The position numbers and the translations under genes are program-made. A DNA stretch of 63,784 bases, counting the filler, from Craspedostauros australis (lineage: Eukaryota): NCBI GenBank assembly GCA_030167865.1. It is 10 parts of 10 records of this genome, joined end to end, with 100 filler letters (N's around TTAATTAATTAA, not from the genome) between each part and the next. Parts side by side here need not be neighbours in the genome. Positions count along the whole stretch, not along the records: positions 50,159 to 62,551 come from JALAGF010000733.1; positions 62,652 to 63,784 come from JALAGF010000734.1; 8 more parts are not named here. One strand, given 5' to 3'. Below the pieces are notes generated by a model that did not search any database, was not told the DNA's origin, and saw only the letters and a program-made list of their open reading frames with translations. Shown in pieces: positions 60,691 to 63,784 of the stretch (the stretch's first letter is position 1; every line of letters begins with the position of its first letter).

Positions 60691-62651
60691 ACTCATTTTC
60701 AGCCAAAATTTCAGAGATGACTTGCGCAAAGAAGCCAAAATTTCAATTGTTCCTATTTCGAGCATTATTTCTGCGGTAATCCTCAAGTATCGAGTCCCGT
60801 AAAGAGAATTAGACAGAGAAAAACTGGTGCAGTGGACAATTTGTTGGGTGTCCCAGATGGCCATTTCCCGAAACTATTTTTGGGCATGGCCGGCTCGAAA
60901 TGTTGCAGTATTGGGTTATGAGTTGTCCGTACGATTTAATTTTCGGGTTTCAGGAAGTCTCTGTTCTTCGGTCATCCTGACACCAGTATGGAGTGTTGAT
61001 TGTGGCACGAAGTTTCTCTCAGTGGGATAAACGGAAAGTGAACACGTGCAAAGACATGCGACTAGTAATGTCACTGTCCAAGCGGTTCAAAGCTCCACCA
61101 ATCAGAGACCGGTTTGACCTGATGCCACCTTGATGCAAAAATCACTTTCTTGTGTGAGGGTGAAGGCGCGATAACTCTGAAGCGCGCACGAGCAAATTAC
61201 AGGAAACAAATGTCAACGACTCCGACGGGGAGAACGCCACGAGGACAAACAATCAGGTGTTCACAAAGTCTCGGCAACATTCTAATCGCGGAAAAACATG
61301 GCGATTGAGCGTCAGGAACGTTATCCCAACGAATGTCGGGTGAGGCACAACATAAGTGTGGCGATCTTGGATCCAGAAGAAGTGCGCGTGCCGCGTTGCG
61401 ATTTGGTCCAACAGAAAATTGAATGAAAAGTCTCCACTTCACCTCCCTGTGGTTTCTCTTGCTCACGCTTTTTGGACGCCACACGCGAGAAGAGAATTCG
61501 GTGATGACGAACGTGAGAAGAGTTGACCCAAAGTCGATAGGTTTGGCGTGGAACAACAACGGAAACTGGTGGATGCCAACCTGAGCCGCCACCGCACTGA
61601 TGCTGGTGATCTTCTGCGGTCGGCACCTTCGCAGATTTGCGCGACACACGAGCCTGGATTCTCTGTAGATGCGTGCCATCCGGCGCAAACCAACCAACAC
61701 ACGGTCATCTGCAACAGGCACCAAAGGACCTCCACGCTCACTGGTTTTCGTGTGCTCTGGCTGGTGAGGTGCAGACATCATCTTCTGTTGTTCCATTGTC
61801 CTCCAACTCGCTGCGAAGTCGCCACAAAACTTTGAGGCCGCAAGTCGTGACCGCAACTTCACTCGACTCCACTCTGCTCCACATCAAAGTCCCACTATGA
61901 AGCTGTTCGCCGCAGCATCGTTGCTCGCCATGAGCTCCGCCTGGAGTGCTGCCTTTGTTGCAGCCGAGGTAAGCCACCACCATGTGATGCATGCCGACAC
62001 CGCGAACCATGTGGAGGACGATGGTGGTTCCAATGCTGGAATCAACATGGGCCAACATGCAAGAGGATGTGCATGATGCGTCGCGATGATCCAACAATCG
62101 ACGGACAGATGACCACAAATGAAGCACGCACATCAGCAGATCAACCCATCACACACATCAAATACATCACCAATGCTTCATGCCATGTGATGTGATGTGA
62201 TGTGATGGAGAATTCCGATGCGCTCGACGTCGATGGCCATTCTCGCTCTCTCCTCTTCTCTGTCTCAACGATCTAAAACATGTCTCTCTCACTCTCTCTC
62301 GCATTGCCACACTCTCACTGCTAAACCATCACTTCACCGGCAGGAGTACACGCTGCTAGCTCCGTGTGTCATCACACAAAAGCATGTTTCGTACAGGGAC
62401 CGCGCACCATCCCGTGTGGCCAAGTGCAAGCTGCACGGAGTCGACGCCGCAAAGTACGGAGGAGTCAACCTCAACATCGAGGGATTGACGCCAGAATGGA
62501 TCGACGAGAATGACGTCGTCCCATCCCCCCTGGCCATGCACACCCTCTTCANNNNNNNNNNNNNNNNNNNNNNNNNNNNNNNNNNNNNNNNNNNNTTAAT
62601 TAATTAANNNNNNNNNNNNNNNNNNNNNNNNNNNNNNNNNNNNNNNNNNNN

Positions 62652-63339
62652 CCGTAATTGCCGCACCTCCCAACATTGTTCGTCACAGCTTTGAATATTA
62701 TTCATCACATGTTAAGAGACTATTCGTCACACCTTTGTATACCATGTCATTATGACTATGACTAAGCATACGGACGCGATTGATGCCTGTATAACCGCAA
62801 GGAGGATAGCCTGTCCTCTGGTAATGAAAGGAAGACACCCACGGCGGATCAGGAGGTCCCAATACCACGCCAACCATGGCAACCATCCAGACGACGACGT
62901 CGATCAGAACAGCATGTCCATGGACAAGTGACGCACCTTCTTCAGAGGACAGCACGTGCCTCTCCTGCGGACAAGAACATTCGCAGGTTTGGAACATCAG
63001 AAAGGATCAGAATATCCGCAGGTTTGGAACATCACCAAAGGTGACATCGATCATGAGACGATGGTGTCATGAGGATCAACGAAGGAAACATGAGGCAGGC
63101 AAGTGCTCAGGGCTGCAGATCCCTACCATGCAAGCGTAGACAGCTACGACGAGGCAGAGGCAAGGAAGCAAGAACAGAGCATGATGAACAAAGAGGGAAG
63201 CACCTAAGAGACAACAGGACGCACCGTATTGCCACCGCGACAGACGCCTGCTATGAAGATGAAATCGAAAGAGAAAGTGAGATCGTGCTCACAGTTCTAA
63301 AACGGTACAGTTTCTAACAGCAGATTGGATCTTAGTACT
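62652..63339. mobile_element. Divergent inverted copy of the 57709-58496 LTR-like element
   Basis: 62657-62672 is the exact reverse complement of 58441-58456 (16 bp), and 63288-63313 is the exact reverse complement of 57749-57774 (26 bp), at similar spacing. Confidence 0.65.
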
Positions 63340-63784
63340 TGTTGGAAATCCGGGGTGGTGTGATAGTAGAAAGCTAATCGTTTGTTAGAATCTACTTCTC
63401 TGAACTGTGAGCTCTTCATTGCTCTCAATTGCAAAGTTCAATCTCCTCCTGAGATCTCCGTGGGTCCCTCTGTTGGTCTAGCAGGCATCCATCTTGCATT
63501 CATCGCAAGTTCACCATGGACATGCAAGCACCACCGAGTACCCCATGTTCGTGCACACAAGCACGTTGTCCTCCACTGATAGTTTCGATGCCTTAGATAA
63601 CGTCGAGTTGTAGGCATCACACAGATCGGTTCATTCGATCAGATCACGGTCTCCCATTCGTCAAGGGAACACCTTGGTTGGGAGCTCATTCAGCTCCTCA
63701 ACCATCCCACATCTCCGATCGACTCCGATCGTTTCTCTCCAATCGTTTCTCTCCGATCGTTTCTCTCCAATCGTTTCTCTCCGA
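63340..63784. mobile_element. Third LTR-like copy, same orientation as 57709, running off the window
   Basis: 63340-63356 is identical to 57709-57725. It also shares GAACTGTGAG about 55-65 nt inside. Confidence 0.55.
63724..63784 (+). repeat. 14-bp tandem repeat TCC(G/A)ATCGTTTCTC, at least 4 copies
   Basis: Seen directly at the window end. Confidence 0.9.

Noticed and set aside
61197..62551. ORFs of 90-220 aa after the Harbinger-like element
   Set aside because: No recognisable family. The last 200 nt may be an exon cut by the gap, but support is insufficient.
31670..62651. Recurring TTAATTAATTAA as a biological repeat, and ORFs ending in X...LIN
   Set aside because: It is an assembly spacer, always centred in 44+44 Ns. 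ORFs crossing it are artefacts.
62982..63034. 18-bp direct repeat CGCAGGTTTGGAACATCA twice, CRISPR-like
   Set aside because: Only two copies with a 17-nt gap, inside an LTR-like element, in a eukaryote with no cas genes.

Overview
Eukaryotic genomic DNA, almost certainly from a diatom. The evidence is DUF6824 genes, a diatom-type cyclic-nucleotide PDE, CoDi-like copia elements, an Ambal-like LINE and short GT-AG introns. The window is not continuous: nine artificial 100-nt spacers (44N + TTAATTAATTAA + 44N) join ten contigs, so adjacency across a spacer is unproven. Contig 1 (1-31669) carries a WWE-domain fragment with an in-frame stop, a thioredoxin-UBA-C2H2-PUB gene, a PP2C phosphatase, a two-exon UBR1/PRT6-type E3 ligase and three DUF6824 paralogs. 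Short contigs carry a Cys-rich repeat protein, a PDE C-terminus, a sulfotransferase-like protein and a spliced low-complexity gene. From 42 kb onward the window is transposon-dense: two Ty1/copia pol genes, an APE-RT-RNase H LINE, a piggyBac relic, an LTR-like repeat family and a decayed PIF/Harbinger-like element. The best leads are (1) a catalytically intact PP2C with a signal peptide and C-terminal KDEL, predicting an ER-lumen protein phosphatase; (2) two unexplained helical domains conserved without gaps between integrase and RT in both copia elements; (3) a KOW/SH3-like ORF in place of the usual Myb/SANT partner of the Harbinger transposase. All family calls come from motif recognition by eye; no searches were run.
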